Positions 62,239 through 64,000 of a stretch of DNA of 64,000 bases are shown piece by piece. Below the pieces are notes generated by a model. It was not told where the DNA came from and did not search any database. It saw nothing but the letters and a program-made list of their open reading frames with translations. Source of the DNA: Styela clava (taxonomy: Eukaryota); contig NC_135260.1 in the NCBI RefSeq assembly GCF_964204865.1, forward strand, positions 15,190,001-15,254,000, given 5' to 3'. A program made the translations under genes and the position numbers. Numbering within the stretch: position 1 is the first letter of the stretch; every line of letters starts with the position of its first letter.

Positions 62239-62812
62239 CAGGGGTCGGCAGCCTGCAGTCTTGGCGAGCAGCACATATTTTCAGAAAGTTAAAAACCGAA
62301 CAGATGGCCGATGAATCCCATTTTTTCACACAGAAATTTTGAGCAGCGCGCGAAGACGGCGATAACTCGTGAATTCAATTCACTCGTCTTACTTGAAGCA
62401 AACGGTTACAAATGACGTTTAATGTGACACTTTTTGTTGCATCACGCTTGATACGTTTTCGTCATCAGGCGGCACACTGGATAATGCCAAGATTGAAATA
62501 TTTTTCAAATCGGAATCACTAATCCGAGTTCTCAGCTGATTCTTTGTAGTGTTCATTTTCGAAAATGATTGTTCGCACGCATATATATGTACCTCCAAAC
62601 ATCGATATGATTTTTTTCGCATGGTTTGTCAAATTTGGATATAATTTTCATTCAAGAAGACATTTTTTAAAAATGTCAAGCAGTGAGACATCTCTCGATT
62701 ATAAAATAGATTTATTTTTCTCATTACATTGCATCTCAAAAAATTCCATTTGATTATTTTTCTGCGCCATTGAATTGGATTTGACCCGCGGGCTGCAGGT
62801 TGCCGACCCCTG
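62239..62812 (-). mobile_element. Internally deleted hAT (Charlie/Buster-like) transposon with a C-terminal transposase remnant
   Basis: TIRs CAGGGGTCGGCAGCCTGCAG / CTGCAGGTTGCCGACCCCTG; TSD-like CTCTAAAG/CTCTACTA. ORF 62419-62622 (-) YACEQSFSKMNTTKNQLRTRISDSDL...QQKVSH matches the hAT dimerisation-domain C-terminus. Confidence 0.88.
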
Positions 62813-63749
62813 CTCTACTAGAATATAATTCGAACGAGTACTGATAGAAGTGTTGCCAGCTATTATTGAACGGCTAATAAGATTGATTTTTTGGCGTATG
62901 CTAGACAAGAGAGAAGGAAATTGGGCAGAGCGCAAGAGCTTGGAAAATACTTCTCGCGTAAACTTTTTTTTATTTATTTCTGAAGGACGCTTGACCACAG
63001 CACTAAACTAATTTTGTGGACGTATTAAGTATAATTCAATCTAGATTTTAGAATTGTGGTTGACCTGGAATACATAAAGTCCTCGTATTTCGACTAATTT
63101 TTGGAATCAATGTAACTCAACGACTAACGATGTAACTATAATGAGGGAAAAATAAAATAAAGTATTATTTGCTTTTATCAATGTTTTCAATATTTTCTCG
63201 TCCTTTATACTGATTATCGATTCTAAATAATCTTCAATTTTATTAAGTTTAAATAAGATGAAAGTCAGATGAATAATCAAGTCATTGAAAGAGCGATAAT
63301 TATTATGGGCATCGTCGGAGTAGGGTAGCACCCAACGACTAACATATAGTTCTCTGTCCTTTAATAATTTATTTTAGTCCTTGTTACTTTATCATACCCC
63401 ACGTTCAAGCGATAGTTTCCGTTTTTCTATCCAGACTTTGATCACGCCTGATTGTGATCTCTTGGAAAATTTGATACAGATTCAAAGAGAAGTAATGTTT
63501 TTCCTCGCCCAAATATTGGCCTCCACAACAACGCCAAGAAAGACGATCAATCGGGCCATTCCGTGTCCAAGTAATAAATATAACATTATGCTTAGGCAAT
63601 CTAGCCTAATCCGTGCAGTATGGCGCTTCTTTCAAATTGTTCGGAATACGCTCGCCACCGTACCTGTGATCAATGATTTTAAACATTGTTTATTGTTTAA
63701 TGTTCATTGTTTAATTAAACATTGTTTAATGTCATTGCTCTGATAAACT

Positions 63750-63950
63750 TGCGTGGGTTCGCAGGTCCCGAATCCCGTGTGGGATAATCATGGTCGTTAT
63801 ATAATGGCCGCGGGATACTTGAGAAAGAATTCCTGGACTCCTCGCTGACGTTGGTTCTCCGTAACCAGGTGAAAGACCGTGGTCAGGACGGGTTGGTTGG
63901 TAGCGACGTCATTTCATCTGCCCCGCTATAACACGAAAAATGGCGATTTC
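63750..63950 (+). mobile_element. Possible tRNA-derived SINE fragment
   Basis: GC-richer segment beginning GCGTGGGTTCGCAGGTCCCGAATCCCG (degenerate B box). No A box or TSD seen. Confidence 0.3.
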
Positions 63951-64000
63951 TTTTTTCCAAGAATGTTTTCCCGATCATCAACTTCTTTGTTCATTTTGTA

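Noticed and set aside
849-63743. Most of the 60-220-aa ORFs in the supplied track
   Set aside because: They are low-complexity F/I/L/K-rich translations of AT-rich intron or transposon DNA, or antisense shadows of real exons (e.g. 35512-36162, 42262-42573, 55581-56114, 60071-60331).

Overview
AT-rich animal genomic DNA with GT-AG spliceosomal introns. The gene content suggests an invertebrate chordate, most likely an ascidian (inference). The ORF track is mostly noise because the real genes are split into small exons. Three protein-coding genes can be reconstructed by hand. (1) On +, 18612-43125, 35 coding exons of a MACIT transmembrane collagen (COL13A1/COL23A1/COL25A1 family). It has an 8-nt microexon, several 18-27-nt exons and a probable mutually exclusive pair of C-terminal exons; its transmembrane/NC1 exon was not found and probably lies upstream of the window. 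(2) On +, 53732-56126, a 5-exon gene for a 269-aa secreted protein: signal peptide, Cys-rich N-terminus, 13 Gly-X-Y triplets, coiled-coil neck and an F5/8 type C (discoidin) head, i.e. a collectin/ficolin-style defence collagen with an unusual head. A 1-kb hAT element sits 20 bp before its ATG. (3) On -, 59617-60598, an intronless secreted SOUL/HEBP2-family gene split by a +1 frameshift at an A10 run. The rest is intron and intergenic DNA with many non-autonomous DNA transposons (Merlin-like, hAT, Tc1/mariner, HINE/DINE-like), a 1.19-kb foldback palindrome, an RTE LINE fragment, a ~140-bp tandem array, and decayed reading frames at about 3.3-5.3 kb and 7.7-8.2 kb that may be viral remnants.
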